64,000 bases of DNA from Naegleria gruberi (lineage: Eukaryota). This document shows, in pieces, positions 1 to 10,553 of the stretch. A program made the translations under genes and the position numbers. How positions within the stretch are numbered: the first letter of the stretch is position 1; every line of letters begins with the position of its first letter. The stretch lies in NCBI GenBank assembly GCA_000004985.1, contig GG738874.1. One strand, 5' to 3'. Under the pieces are notes generated by a model, which saw nothing but the letters and a program-made list of their open reading frames with translations, made no database searches and was not told where the DNA came from.

Positions 1-119
1 ATCATGAAGCTGTTCAAAGGGAGAAGAGGTATGAAAGATATAAAAAAGAGAAGAAAGCAGGAGGAAATTATATTGCATCTGGTGATTTTAAACCAACAGA
101 TGTTTTACCATTCGATGAT

Positions 120-485
120 TTGAAACGGATAGTGGTTAAAAATCAAGAAATATTCAAAGAAACCACAGAGAGGGTACTCACACCCCAACCAACCTTAACC
201 AGTGTAAATTCCAATAGATCCCTACTCAGTGTAAAATCAGATTCATTTAGAAGAAGTAGAACACCATCTCCTTCACTACATTCATCACAATCTGTAAAAT
301 ACTTTAGAGACCAACCTTCAAGGTCTGATTCACGAATGAGTTTGGCTGATGTTGCTACTGTTTTTGAAAATTATTTATCGAGGACTTCATCATTTAGTAC
401 AGTAAGCAGTTCAAGTTCGAATAGTAACAGCCCAACAGGTTTAAAGAAAGGTGCATCATTTTCGAGAAGAATTGTCAATCAATGA
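120..485 (+). CDS. partial Ser-rich hypothetical protein (3' fragment; begins at TTG not ATG, so probably joined to exons upstream of or at the window edge)
   Basis: ORF track 120..485 with no ATG start. Frame 1 from base 1 is open to about 118, suggesting coding sequence enters from upstream. Low-complexity S/T-rich tail. Confidence 0.25.
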   Translation: MKRIVVKNQEIFKETTERVLTPQPTLTSVNSNRSLLSVKSDSFRRSRTPSPSLHSSQSVKYFRDQPSRSDSRMSLADVATVFENYLSRTSSFSTVSSSSSNSNSPTGLKKGASFSRRIVNQ

Positions 486-731
486 CAATTCTAATAAAAT
501 TGAATTTAATTTTTCTACATCATTGCTAAATATTTGTATTGAGGTTGTATTATATAAGGATAAGGGTTGAACAAGAGTTGTTGCTTGTCTCTTTCAAGAA
601 TGGTCGTAGTTTATCCGTTGAGGGTTCTAAAACTTCATCGAATGGAGTTGGTTACTTTTTAAATTTCCCTCCAATTTTCAAACCCGTAACGGATGGAGAT
701 TTGTAAAATCAAAAAAAAATAAAGCTATTGA

Positions 732-3700
732 ATGGAGGAAACACAACAAACACCTCAGCCAGAAGAAGAATCACGAACACAATCATCAAATATTGAGGAA
801 GAAATTTCAACATCAGTCAATGAAGTTGTAAATTCTCAACCATCTGATGAGGCCTCAACAGCACTTCAACAAACTGAAGAACATCAAGATATTTCCAGTA
901 AGGAACAACATGATGATGTTGATCACCAAGAAAACAACAATGAGAAGCCTCAAGAAAATGATACCTTAGTAGTTGAAGAAAATCCAGAAAATCATATGGA
1001 AGAAGAATACACCAGTGTTGGTCATTCTGTCAAAACAACCAATGATGAGAAGGAGGCTATTAGTGAAGAGATTTTAGAAACAACAAATAACGAGTTAATA
1101 TCTATTTCCCAAGCCTTGAATTACACTGCCGAAGGATTACATGAAAGTCATGAATACATTAACACTCTTACAGAACAAATTGAGGCAAAGAATAATGAAA
1201 TCCAGAAAGTAATGGAGGTATTAGAGGAACACAAATCAATTATTACTCAAAAGGATGACGAAATCTCAACAATTACTCAAGAATCCGAAAATACTAAAAA
1301 GTTATTGGGGCAGACAACATCTCAGATGAATACAATTTCCGAGAATTTGGCCAATGCTTTGGAGGAACTTTTAGAATCAGATCTCAAGTTGAAGGGGATT
1401 ACTAAGGAACTAACAGTCTCAAAGGAAGAAATTGAAAATTTGTCCAAAAGCATTTCAGAGAAAGAATCATTGATCGAAGAGCTCAACAATAATCTTGGTT
1501 CAGCAAAGGCAGAATTGGAAGCATCTAAGGAAGATGTTTCTTTAAAGAGTGCTATTATTGAACAATTAACTAGTGAGATTAATGTTGGAAAGGAAGCAAT
1601 TCAAAAATTAGAAGACAATGTCAATGAAAAGAGTCAAGAGGTTGATTCTTTAAGGTTGATTATTGAAGAAAAAGCTTCACTTAATGAACTATTGAAACAA
1701 CAAGTCGATGAAACAAAACAATCTCTTGAAGAAACTTTGAATAATTTAACAAAAGCAAAGGAAGAAATAGAAAGCGTAGAAAATTCTCTTAAGGAAACAA
1801 CTCAAAAGTTAGAAGAAACAAATACGCAACTCACATCATTGTCAAGCCAAGTTGAGCAAGACAAAGATGAGTTAAAACAGATTAGTGAAGAGCTTGAAAC
1901 TGTGAAAGAAAACTGTAGTCAAAAATCAGCTGAACTGGAGAAGACCATTTCAGAACTGAAAGAAACATCTGACAATTTGGAGGATCAAAAGAAAGTGCTT
2001 GAAGAAAAAACTCAAGAATTAACTTCCACAACAGAAGAGCTCTCTAAAACGAAATCATTATTGGAAAGCACTACCACTGAATTCAACGAAAAATTAAAAA
2101 TTGCTTCCGATAGTTTGCAAATAACTACCCAAGAACTCGAAGAAACCAAAGGAAAATTAGAACAAACCCAACAACAATTGGATAAAATGAGCTCTGAATT
2201 GGAAATTAAGACACAGGATCTTTCTCAGGCAATTGAAACTTTAGATCTCACAAATATCGAATTAAGTGAACTCAAAGAAACCATGTCAAATACTACCATT
2301 GAACTTGATAAAACGAAGGAGATTTTAAAGTCCACAAACGAAGAACTTTTGGCAACAAAAGAATCCCTTGAAACAACCAGTGAAGAATTGTCTACAACTA
2401 AAGACACGCTTGCAACAACAACCGAGGAGTTTTCTTTTACAATGGAACAATTAGATAATACTAAAAAAGAACTCTCTGAAACAACCACCAAATTAGAGGA
2501 AACATCTGCTGAATTGGTTTCTATTAAGGAGGATCTTTCCGACACAAGACAAAAGCTTGAATCTACTTGCGGTTTATTGTCTGAAACTCAAACCAAATTA
2601 GAAGAATCTAACAAAAATCTTGAAGATGCAAACTGTACAATCAAAACTACTGAAGATGAATTATCTAGTGTTAAGGGTGAACTTGAATCCACAGCAAAAA
2701 ATCTGGTTGACACCAAGCAAGAGCTTTCAGAAACTATTTCTGACTTGCAACAGACAAAAGAGAGTTTGTCAGAAACTAAGGAAACACTTGCAAGCACTGA
2801 GGATAACCTGCACAAAATAGAGGACGAGTTATCTCAATCAAGAACAACTTTATCAGAGACATCAGAAGAACTTATTGAGACAAAAAATAGGTTGACTGCC
2901 ACCTTGGATGAGCTTTCCACTACCAAAGAAGACCTTAGAAACACAGAAAAAGATCTTTCCCAAAGAACAAGCGATTTGGGAATGACTTCAATGGAATTAA
3001 TAAGCACAAAGGAAGAGCTTACAGAAACAAAACAAACACTCTCTCAAACTTCTGAAAATTTAGAAACTACAAAAACAACATTGGAAGAAACATCTTCCGA
3101 TCTTGAGAAAACAAAAGAAGAACTTGCAAAGAAAACTGAAAATCTGGAAGACACTACCAAAAATCTAGAGAGTACAAAAAGAACATTGGAGGAAACTTGC
3201 AAAGAACTTGAAGCAACAAACAACACACTTCTTAGTACTAGTGAAGAGCTAACTACAACAAAGACTGACCTCGAAAACACAAGGCAAACCCTAGTTGAGA
3301 CATGCTCTAACTTGGAAAACACTAAAGCAAAACTTCAAGATACTGAAATTACACTCACCGAAACAATCAATGTTCTTAATTCAACAAAGCAAGAGTTAGA
3401 TAGTACAAACGAAGAACTCTCAAATACCAAGAATTCTTTGAAAGCCACTGAGCTTGAATTGAGTGATACAAAGGAAAATCTTTCTAAAACTGGTGAAGAA
3501 CTTGTTCAAACTAAATTAACTCTTTCCTCAACTTCTGATGAATTAAGCAACACGAAACAAGCTTTATCTGCAACTACGGAAGATCTCAACAGTACAAGAG
3601 ACGTTCTGAAAAGTACTGAGAATGAGCTTTCTCAAAGAACAAGCGATTTGGGAATGACATCTATGGAATTAATAAGCACAAAGGAAGAGCTTACAGAGAC

Positions 3701-6170
3701 AAAACAAACACTCTCTCAAACCCGCGATACATTAAGATCCACTCAACAGTATTTAGAAGATACTAACACTTCACTGAACTCTGCAAATGAAACCATACGA
3801 ATTACAACAAAAGAACTTGAGAAAACTCAATCCGAACTCGATTTGACAAAGAAAAATCTTGACGTCACAACAACAGAATTACAAGACACAAAGGAGGCAT
3901 TTACCACAACCAAGTCAGATTTAGAGTCAAAACTTTCAGAAACCACTAACCAATTGAATAATACAACTGCCACTCTGAACGAAACTCAAACAACTCTTAC
4001 TCTAACTCAACAAACTCTTTCGTCAATCGAATCAGATTTAAATGGTACTAGAGAAACCCTAAACAAAACAAAGAATAATTTAGATGGCATGACTGACTCT
4101 TACGAATCAACTTTATCTGCTCTCAATCATACAAAACAAGTCTTACAAGAAACTGAAGAAAAGCTATCCGAAACTTGTAAAACTCTTGATGAACGAGTAT
4201 ATGAATTGAGTACTACTTCACAGATTCTTAAAAATACAAGAGACCTTCTTCAAAACACTGAAGAAAAGTTGAAGAGTAAAACTGAGGAATGGGAACTTTT
4301 GTTGGTGGTAAGATCTGAATTGGAGAAGGAACTTGAAGAAATGACCAACAAAAACACCAAAAATGAAGAAGAAATCAAAGAGTTACTCCACATCAAATCT
4401 GATCTCACTGCTGAACGAAATAAGTTGATTGAGAATCTCAACCAAACTACCTCTAATCTGAAGCAAACAGAACACACTCTTGAAGAAACAACTCAAAAAC
4501 TTAACATCACTGAAAATGTTCTTCAAGAAACCTCTATCACCCTTAAAGCAACAACAGAGGATCTGAATTGTAAAAATGAAAGATTGGAGCAAGCAGAAAA
4601 TTCTTTGGAGAGTTTGAGACAAAAATATGACACCTCTGTTAAAGAGTTGAAGGCAGCTCACATTACCATAGATCAAGCAAATGTTTTGGTATTGGAACAA
4701 CAAGAATCCCTCGCAGAAAGGCAGAGAAGCATTGATAAACTTGAGAATACAGTTGTTGAGCTTAATAAGATCATTAGTGAAAGGGATGAAACCATAAAAC
4801 AAAGAGATTCAACAATTAAGAGCCTTGAACAAGTCGTTGCAGAAAAAATAGGAATAATCAACGATAGAGATCAAGAAATAAGTGAAAGAATCGACAACCA
4901 CAACCAATTGTTCGCCGAGAAAACTAATCTTGATAGTGAAATAGCAAACTTGAAGTCTGAATATCAAAAACTGGATGAAATTTGTAATTTTAAGAAAGAA
5001 CAGCTTATCAAATCCCAAGTTATCATTACTAGTTGGATTGAAGAGAATAATGTCAAAGCCAAAACTATCGCACAACTTTACGAAATAGTCAATAAGAAGG
5101 ATTCAGAGATTGAAAATCTTTTCACTTCGGGCAATAAGATCATGGAAGGACTTAGTCTAGAAATTAAACAACTTGAAATCAAATTACAAGAAGCAAACAC
5201 TAATATACAATCATTAACTGATAAGGATAATGAAAATATGGATCAAATTCGTCAACTTTGGGAAAAGATTAAAGACAGAGACAATATAATCGAGGAGCAA
5301 ACAAGAGAAAGCATTAGAGTTGAGGAAGAAAAGAGATCCTCAGATGGTAAATTCAGAAAAGAGATTGAAAGACTCACAATGGTTGAAATGGATCTTGAAT
5401 ATGCTGTAAAGGAACGTGAAGATTCTTTGTTTGATATCAAGAAAGAAAATGAAAATCTTACACAACAACACATTGCCATCGATTTAGAAAACAAACAACT
5501 CAAACAACAATTCCAAATCAAACAAAAGAAAATTGAAGAGCTTAACCTTAAATTGGTTATGGAACAAAAAAGAAATGAAAGAAATGAGAAGGCCAAGTCA
5601 AGCTTTGTTAGAAATATAAGAGATAGAACTCTTGGTGCAACAACAGATGTAGATCAAAAGAATTTGTTGGTCATTCAAGATCTTGGAAAGAAGTATGACG
5701 ACCTCGCTCAAAAATATGAATTGCTTGTTACTGAAAGAAATGATTTAAAGAAATTGTGTAAATCTTTACAATATGCACTTGACAAGAAAGATGGTGAAGA
5801 TGGCAAGAGAATTCAAACATTAGAAAGCAAGTTGCAACAAGAACAAACAGAAAAGAATATCTTCAGAAACGAAAAGAAGGAAATTGAAAAAAAGATGGAA
5901 ACCATTTCAACAGAAAATAAGCAACTCAATTTGAACATGAATAGACTTCACAATACCACCACTCAAATGTTGAGAAAACAAGAAAAGATTACAACTTATT
6001 TGGACAACAATAACGAAGTAGTTTCTTCGTTTGCACTTTCACCAAGAGTTAAACCAACAACAAATATTCCATCAAATGTAGGAGCCAATTCTTTAGTTAG
6101 TCCAAGAAACTTAACTGGTGTCTCTAAACCATCAACACCAAGAATTGCTTCAACCAGATCAACCAAATAA
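732..6170 (+). CDS. giant intronless coiled-coil protein (1812 aa), repetitive T-K-E-E-L / S-x-T-x-x-x-L heptad-like units; myosin-tail/golgin-like, function unknown
   Basis: Single 5.4-kb ORF from ATG to TAA with an acidic N-terminus. There are hundreds of E/L/K/T-rich repeats (…TKEELTETKQTLSQT…) typical of alpha-helical coiled coil. An internal near-identical duplication lies at 2949–3050 vs 3638–3740. Antisense ORFs inside are low-complexity artefacts. Confidence 0.8.
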   Translation: MEETQQTPQPEEESRTQSSNIEEEISTSVNEVVNSQPSDEASTALQQTEEHQDISSKEQHDDVDHQENNNEKPQENDTLVVEENPENHMEEEYTSVGHSVKTTNDEKEAISEEILETTNNELISISQALNYTAEGLHESHEYINTLTEQIEAKNNEIQKVMEVLEEHKSIITQKDDEISTITQESENTKKLLGQTTSQMNTISENLANALEELLESDLKLKGITKELTVSKEEIENLSKSISEKESLIEELNNNLGSAKAELEASKEDVSLKSAIIEQLTSEINVGKEAIQKLEDNVNEKSQEVDSLRLIIEEKASLNELLKQQVDETKQSLEETLNNLTKAKEEIESVENSLKETTQKLEETNTQLTSLSSQVEQDKDELKQISEELETVKENCSQKSAELEKTISELKETSDNLEDQKKVLEEKTQELTSTTEELSKTKSLLESTTTEFNEKLKIASDSLQITTQELEETKGKLEQTQQQLDKMSSELEIKTQDLSQAIETLDLTNIELSELKETMSNTTIELDKTKEILKSTNEELLATKESLETTSEELSTTKDTLATTTEEFSFTMEQLDNTKKELSETTTKLEETSAELVSIKEDLSDTRQKLESTCGLLSETQTKLEESNKNLEDANCTIKTTEDELSSVKGELESTAKNLVDTKQELSETISDLQQTKESLSETKETLASTEDNLHKIEDELSQSRTTLSETSEELIETKNRLTATLDELSTTKEDLRNTEKDLSQRTSDLGMTSMELISTKEELTETKQTLSQTSENLETTKTTLEETSSDLEKTKEELAKKTENLEDTTKNLESTKRTLEETCKELEATNNTLLSTSEELTTTKTDLENTRQTLVETCSNLENTKAKLQDTEITLTETINVLNSTKQELDSTNEELSNTKNSLKATELELSDTKENLSKTGEELVQTKLTLSSTSDELSNTKQALSATTEDLNSTRDVLKSTENELSQRTSDLGMTSMELISTKEELTETKQTLSQTRDTLRSTQQYLEDTNTSLNSANETIRITTKELEKTQSELDLTKKNLDVTTTELQDTKEAFTTTKSDLESKLSETTNQLNNTTATLNETQTTLTLTQQTLSSIESDLNGTRETLNKTKNNLDGMTDSYESTLSALNHTKQVLQETEEKLSETCKTLDERVYELSTTSQILKNTRDLLQNTEEKLKSKTEEWELLLVVRSELEKELEEMTNKNTKNEEEIKELLHIKSDLTAERNKLIENLNQTTSNLKQTEHTLEETTQKLNITENVLQETSITLKATTEDLNCKNERLEQAENSLESLRQKYDTSVKELKAAHITIDQANVLVLEQQESLAERQRSIDKLENTVVELNKIISERDETIKQRDSTIKSLEQVVAEKIGIINDRDQEISERIDNHNQLFAEKTNLDSEIANLKSEYQKLDEICNFKKEQLIKSQVIITSWIEENNVKAKTIAQLYEIVNKKDSEIENLFTSGNKIMEGLSLEIKQLEIKLQEANTNIQSLTDKDNENMDQIRQLWEKIKDRDNIIEEQTRESIRVEEEKRSSDGKFRKEIERLTMVEMDLEYAVKEREDSLFDIKKENENLTQQHIAIDLENKQLKQQFQIKQKKIEELNLKLVMEQKRNERNEKAKSSFVRNIRDRTLGATTDVDQKNLLVIQDLGKKYDDLAQKYELLVTERNDLKKLCKSLQYALDKKDGEDGKRIQTLESKLQQEQTEKNIFRNEKKEIEKKMETISTENKQLNLNMNRLHNTTTQMLRKQEKITTYLDNNNEVVSSFALSPRVKPTTNIPSNVGANSLVSPRNLTGVSKPSTPRIASTRSTK
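3638..3740 (+). repeat. about 100-nt internal segmental duplication of 2949–3050 (about 95% identical) within the coiled-coil CDS
   Basis: The protein segment LSQRTSDLGMTSMELISTKEELTETKQTLSQT occurs twice. The DNA copies differ at only a few positions. Confidence 0.8.
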
Positions 6171-6193
6171 TAATAAAATTAAATACAAAAAAA

Positions 6194-6781
6194 ATGGGCA
6201 AACGAAAGGATAGATCGGAAAAGAAGGAAAAATCAAAAAAGAAAAAGTATGAATATGAAGAGGATTCAAATGTATTACCTCTTGATACAATGTTTGCAAC
6301 ATTAATTAAAAATTATCCAAAAGATGTAAATAACTTCCGAGATTTATTACAAAATTTAGATGATGGATATTATGTTGATATTTCGGAATTAGAGGATCGT
6401 TCAGTTAAAAATATACTCACTGATATGTTTAAAGAACATTTTAATTTAAAACGTGATAAAGAAACTAGAGAATATAAGAAAAGATCATCACAAAAGGATG
6501 AATCATTGGTAAAGATATTCGAAGATTTTACAGAAAATTATAAGCCCGAAACAACTCAACCAAAATCTTTATTGGAAGCACATACACAAAAATTTAATAG
6601 TAGTCAACCAGAAGTGGAAAGGAGAAATTTAGAAAGCAGAGGATATATGACTTGGAATAGAGATCGTGATATGGAAAATCCTTGTTTAGCAGTAGATAAG
6701 AAAAGATTAATGGATACTGTTAATAATGCAGCAAAATTCTCTCAAAAGTTCAATTCTACGACAGAATACAAATTTATGTAG
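6194..6781 (+). CDS. hypothetical Lys/Glu-rich protein (195 aa)
   Basis: ATG-initiated ORF 24 nt downstream of the coiled-coil gene stop. The N-terminus is basic (MGKRKDRSEKKEKSKKKK). No family recognised. Confidence 0.45.
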   Translation: MGKRKDRSEKKEKSKKKKYEYEEDSNVLPLDTMFATLIKNYPKDVNNFRDLLQNLDDGYYVDISELEDRSVKNILTDMFKEHFNLKRDKETREYKKRSSQKDESLVKIFEDFTENYKPETTQPKSLLEAHTQKFNSSQPEVERRNLESRGYMTWNRDRDMENPCLAVDKKRLMDTVNNAAKFSQKFNSTTEYKFM

Positions 6782-6782
6782 A

Positions 6783-7477
6783 TTATTTCTTTTCACGTTT
6801 TTCCCTTTTGATTGTATCTGCTAACATATTTGCTATTTCAGATAATCTCTTATTTAACATTCCACTATTGGACGTTCCACCTAATATTGGAATAGAATAG
6901 GAAAATTGAACAGAGCTTTCTTTTGATTTTTTTAGTAATACATCCGAAGGAGCATTCAAAATTGGATCATAAAATAGTGGTGGAAGATTATCATCATCAA
7001 CTGTTGTTGCTTTCTTTGATGTTTTAGGCTTTGATCCCTTTGTTTTTTTCCTATTATTAAATCTTTCTATANAAATCATCCAATCCTAAANNNNNNNNNN
7101 NNNNNNNNNNNNNNNNNNNNNNNNNNNNNNNNNNNNNNNNGNATATGACACATAATAAACCATTTGATTAACAAGGAATGCAATGTCACTTAATTCCGAA
7201 TTAATATCTGGCAAAACAACATCAGTATCATAGGTTCCTCCAAAATTACAAAAGTTTCATCCTTAGGATCTCCAACAGACATTAAATCATATCGTTTTGT
7301 TGATGTGACTGTATAGAAAGGACTTCTCGGTATTGTTCGTTTTATTAATGTAAGTGAGGCTCTACTATTTTTTTGTGCAGCCAATTGTTGTTGTTGAAGT
7401 TGCTGCTGTTGTTGCAGGAGTAATTGTTGTTTGATTAATGAACTCATTTTTTTATGTAGTTTGTTTTGGCGGTTCAA
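6783..7477 (-). CDS. hypothetical protein interrupted by assembly gap (two ORF pieces, 7190–7477 and 6783–7079, with a poly-Q stretch at the N-terminus)
   Basis: Two minus-strand ORFs flank the N-run at 7091–7140. The upstream piece starts MSSLIKQQLLLQQQQQLQQQQ. Frame continuity across the gap cannot be verified. Confidence 0.3.
7091..7140. other. assembly gap (50 N; additional single N at 7072 and 7142)
   Basis: Literal n characters in the sequence. Confidence 0.95.
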
Positions 7478-7492
7478 AAATTGTAAACCTTT

Positions 7493-9106
7493 TTATTTCC
7501 AATTATCAAAATTGAATTGATCAGAACTGTTAGAATTATTGGAAGTTTCTTTTCTGATTGGAATTATTGATGAAGGTATAATAGAAGAGGAATTGGAAGT
7601 ACTCTTTAAATTTAAATATTTTCCAACTTTGGATTGAGTGGCGGTGGTGGCAGGATTTTGTTCAATTCCAGACGGATTAGAAAACCAATTACCAAACTTT
7701 TCCTTATCTTCATTAGAAACTACTTGTGTTCTTTCTTCCTTATCCTTTTGTCTCTTTTCATCCTCAGTGAATGGATTGTAAAATATAGAGATATTTTCAA
7801 TTTGTACATCTTCCAATGGTTTATCTTCATCATCTACTGGAATATTTTCAATCTTTTGAAGTAATTTTAATCCACCGACTAATTTTCCAAATACTGTATG
7901 CTTATTATCCAAATGAGGAGTTTCCTTGAATGTAATGAAAAATTGGCTAGAATTAGTATTTGGTCCCTTATTAGCCATACTTAGAGTTCCAATTGTGTCA
8001 TGACGAAGTTTTGGTGAGATTTCATCCTTAAACTCACCTCCCCAAATACTCTTCCCTCCTCTACCTGTTCCAGTTGGATCACCTCCTTGAATCATAAATC
8101 CTTTAATGAGTCTATGAAATTTAACTCCATTGTAATATCCTCTTGAACACAAACTCAGGAAATTATCACATGTTTGTGGACAAAGATATGGATAAAGTTC
8201 AACATTTAAATCGCCTAGGTTTGTGTGTAATGATACAAATGATTTCTTATTTTTAAACTCTTTCCTTATTCTATCATATTGTTCCAATTTCTGTTTCCAA
8301 TATTGTTCAGTAATTTTCTCAGTTTCATGACTTTTAGTTCTCACATTCATAACAGAAGAAGTTAATGAAGATGATTTAGTGTCACTACTCAAAACTCCAA
8401 AACTTTGTTCTCCACTTCTCAAAGAAGAGCTTGTAAGTGCCACTTCTTCTTCTCCACTTTCAATTTTCTTTTTCTTTCTCTTTTCCATTTCTTCCAAAAC
8501 TTTTGAAGTTGCACTATTTAAATTAATCTTTTCACTAGCTCTTTCCAAAACAGAATCATCTTCATTCTTTCTTTTTTTATCTCGTTGTTCAATTTCATGT
8601 TGTATTGTTTTAATATCTCTTGGATGTAATGGATCTTGTAATGAAATAATATCTTCCTTTGTAAATTCTGTATGATCCAATAAATCATACATAATTTCTC
8701 CTTCCTTTAAATTTATTCTTTCAATTGCACTATATGCATAGACATTTCCTGTTTTTGCAATACAAACAATATGTGACTGATCGGTAAATATTTTGCGTGA
8801 GACTGGACAGTATGGTTTTCCTTCATCATTGGTTGCAATTTTTAATCTAATAATATCTTTAAAATCCAAAGGATTACCAGTGATTGGATGTATTTTATGT
8901 TTTCTAATCCATGGCATTATATTTAATATATCAAACATGTAACCATCTCTTGTTGTAACTGCTTCTCCTTTAATAGGTTGAAGAGAGAAGGCACAATGAT
9001 TAAAAGCAAGGGAAACTCCTTGTTTTTGTTCTACTTGTGTCTTGTTACGTGATGATAATTCCGATGCTCTGATGAATAAGTGACCATTCTTTTTAGAGTG
9101 AGACAT
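7493..9106 (-). CDS. PPIL2: peptidyl-prolyl cis-trans isomerase-like 2 (U-box + cyclophilin domain; Cyp60/PPIL2 family)
   Basis: 537-aa intronless ORF. The N-terminal U-box-like region (…CPVSRKIFTDQSHIVCIAKTGNVYAYSAIERINLKEG…) is followed by a C-terminal cyclophilin domain (HTNLGDLNVELYPYLCPQTCDNFLSLCSRGYYNGVKFHRLIKGFMIQGGDPTGTGRGGKSIWG…SMANKGPNTNSSQFFIT…HTVFGKLVGG). Confidence 0.85.
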   Translation of the reverse strand: MSHSKKNGHLFIRASELSSRNKTQVEQKQGVSLAFNHCAFSLQPIKGEAVTTRDGYMFDILNIMPWIRKHKIHPITGNPLDFKDIIRLKIATNDEGKPYCPVSRKIFTDQSHIVCIAKTGNVYAYSAIERINLKEGEIMYDLLDHTEFTKEDIISLQDPLHPRDIKTIQHEIEQRDKKRKNEDDSVLERASEKINLNSATSKVLEEMEKRKKKKIESGEEEVALTSSSLRSGEQSFGVLSSDTKSSSLTSSVMNVRTKSHETEKITEQYWKQKLEQYDRIRKEFKNKKSFVSLHTNLGDLNVELYPYLCPQTCDNFLSLCSRGYYNGVKFHRLIKGFMIQGGDPTGTGRGGKSIWGGEFKDEISPKLRHDTIGTLSMANKGPNTNSSQFFITFKETPHLDNKHTVFGKLVGGLKLLQKIENIPVDDEDKPLEDVQIENISIFYNPFTEDEKRQKDKEERTQVVSNEDKEKFGNWFSNPSGIEQNPATTATQSKVGKYLNLKSTSNSSSIIPSSIIPIRKETSNNSNSSDQFNFDNWK

Positions 9107-9307
9107 TTTTTTTGATATTTAAATCTAATAATACTGTTGTTGGAATGAATAAATTGAAGATGAATCATTGGATAAATTTTCAGCTTATTTACTGATAGAA
9201 CATGATAATTGAAAATAATATGTAGGGGTAATCATTATTTATTAAAGAAATCATTGAATTCTCTCTCTAGATAATATATAGTACACTCAACTGTTACAAG
9301 ATCAAAA

Positions 9308-10262
9308 TTATTTCTTGAGCTTTGAACTCACGTTTGGAAGAAGACTGAGAATAACATCAACTGTATTAATTTCAAGTCGTTAATATTATGAATTTTCAAA
9401 GATAATATATTACATACCCATTGGTTCGACTTCCTTCTTTGAAACAAGGTCAAATTCAAAGACAAATAAACAGAAATGCTAAAATAAACATGTAAATATA
9501 TGTGTCACAAACTATTTCACTTACTTTAAAAGCAGTATTCAAGTGAGCTTCTTCACCCAATTTCTTAACTTCTTCAAAGTGAGAGTGATAAATGTGAGCA
9601 TAAACTCTGAACAATCGTTTAAAGATTTGCTTGACTTCAGATTTAAAGTTTGTTGGGAAAGGAACATCTGGAGAAGGTGGGAACAATTGTTCATTGTTAA
9701 CCCTGGATTCAATCCAACCCATCAAAAATTCCATATATTGTGGAGCACTGACACGAATTGGCTTGGTAATGTTATCTTCAGGATTCATCCACAAATATTC
9801 ATATTCTACAAGTTGTGTGTAAACATTCAAAGAAGGAAATAATTATTACATACCAGCACCAGCACACATGACAGGGCATGAAGAAGCAGTACAGAATTCA
9901 GAAATACTTCCGTACAATAAATTGGTTGTATTGAAGAAATCAACAGCTAAATAGATCCATATTATGTATCAAATTTCATCATAAACACTTACTATGGACA
10001 GCTAGTAAATCGTAAATAACAAAAGATCATAATATTACTAGTACTTACCCAACCATTCGTTCAATTCTTCACCTTGTGGGAGTTTAACTGCTTGGCTCAA
10101 ATCACCACTTCCAAGAGTAGCTGTGTTAGAATAAATTTTGTTATTTGACACAATTCAATTAATGATCTTACCTTTAGCTGCTTTGTGTAATTCCTTTCTC
10201 TTTCCTCCGTGAGATTTCTTTGGACGAAAAGTGTTGCTATTCTTGTTTCCGCTATGATTGTA
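9308..10262 (-). CDS. MOB1: MOB1 kinase activator (Mps-one-binder), 6 exons with micro-introns; 5' start codon not located
   Basis: Translated exons match MOB1 end to end. Exon A reads …[25 protein letters not shown]. Exon 2 [24 protein letters not shown] spans about 10047–10124. Exon 3 [31 protein letters not shown] spans about 9846–9950. Exon 4, [94 protein letters not shown], spans about 9531–9806. Exon 5 [20 protein letters not shown] spans about 9424–9486. The terminal exon ends at TAA at 9308. Donors are GTAAGT/GTATGT. No in-frame ATG lies upstream of exon A (a TGA is in frame), so a 5' micro-exon is probably missing from my model. Confidence 0.8.
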
Positions 10263-10553
10263 TCAAAGCCAAAAACAAGTCATCAAGAGATTTTGATGAT
10301 GAATATTTTCAAAATAAGAAAAATAATCCAAGTGGTGAATCAATTAACAAATTTATAATAGAGACGATAATAGTTATTCATCATCATCATCAATAAGAAT
10401 AAAAAGGCTGATGATTAAAATCAAGAGAATATTATTTCTAAACGTACAAAATTCCTAACAATGGCATTTTTTTGTTGTTTTATTTGATTCCCAAGACATT
10501 TCGAGTTGTGAGTGATGGAAGAAGATTTAGTTCCTTATGGATTGATAATGTCA

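Noticed and set aside
2225-5596. Minus-strand ORFs (2225..2545, 2588..2815, 3044..3322, 4250..4802, 4809..5075, 5252..5596) and the plus ORF 2620..2820 inside the coiled-coil gene
   Set aside because: They are low-complexity S/V/F-rich translations, being the antisense of the E/K/T/L-rich repeats. They are fully contained in a strong sense-strand CDS and are typical shadow ORFs.
6783-7079. Treating 6783..7079 and 7190..7477 as two separate genes
   Set aside because: They are collinear on the same strand and separated only by the N-run. They are most parsimoniously one gene split by the gap, although the frame cannot be verified.
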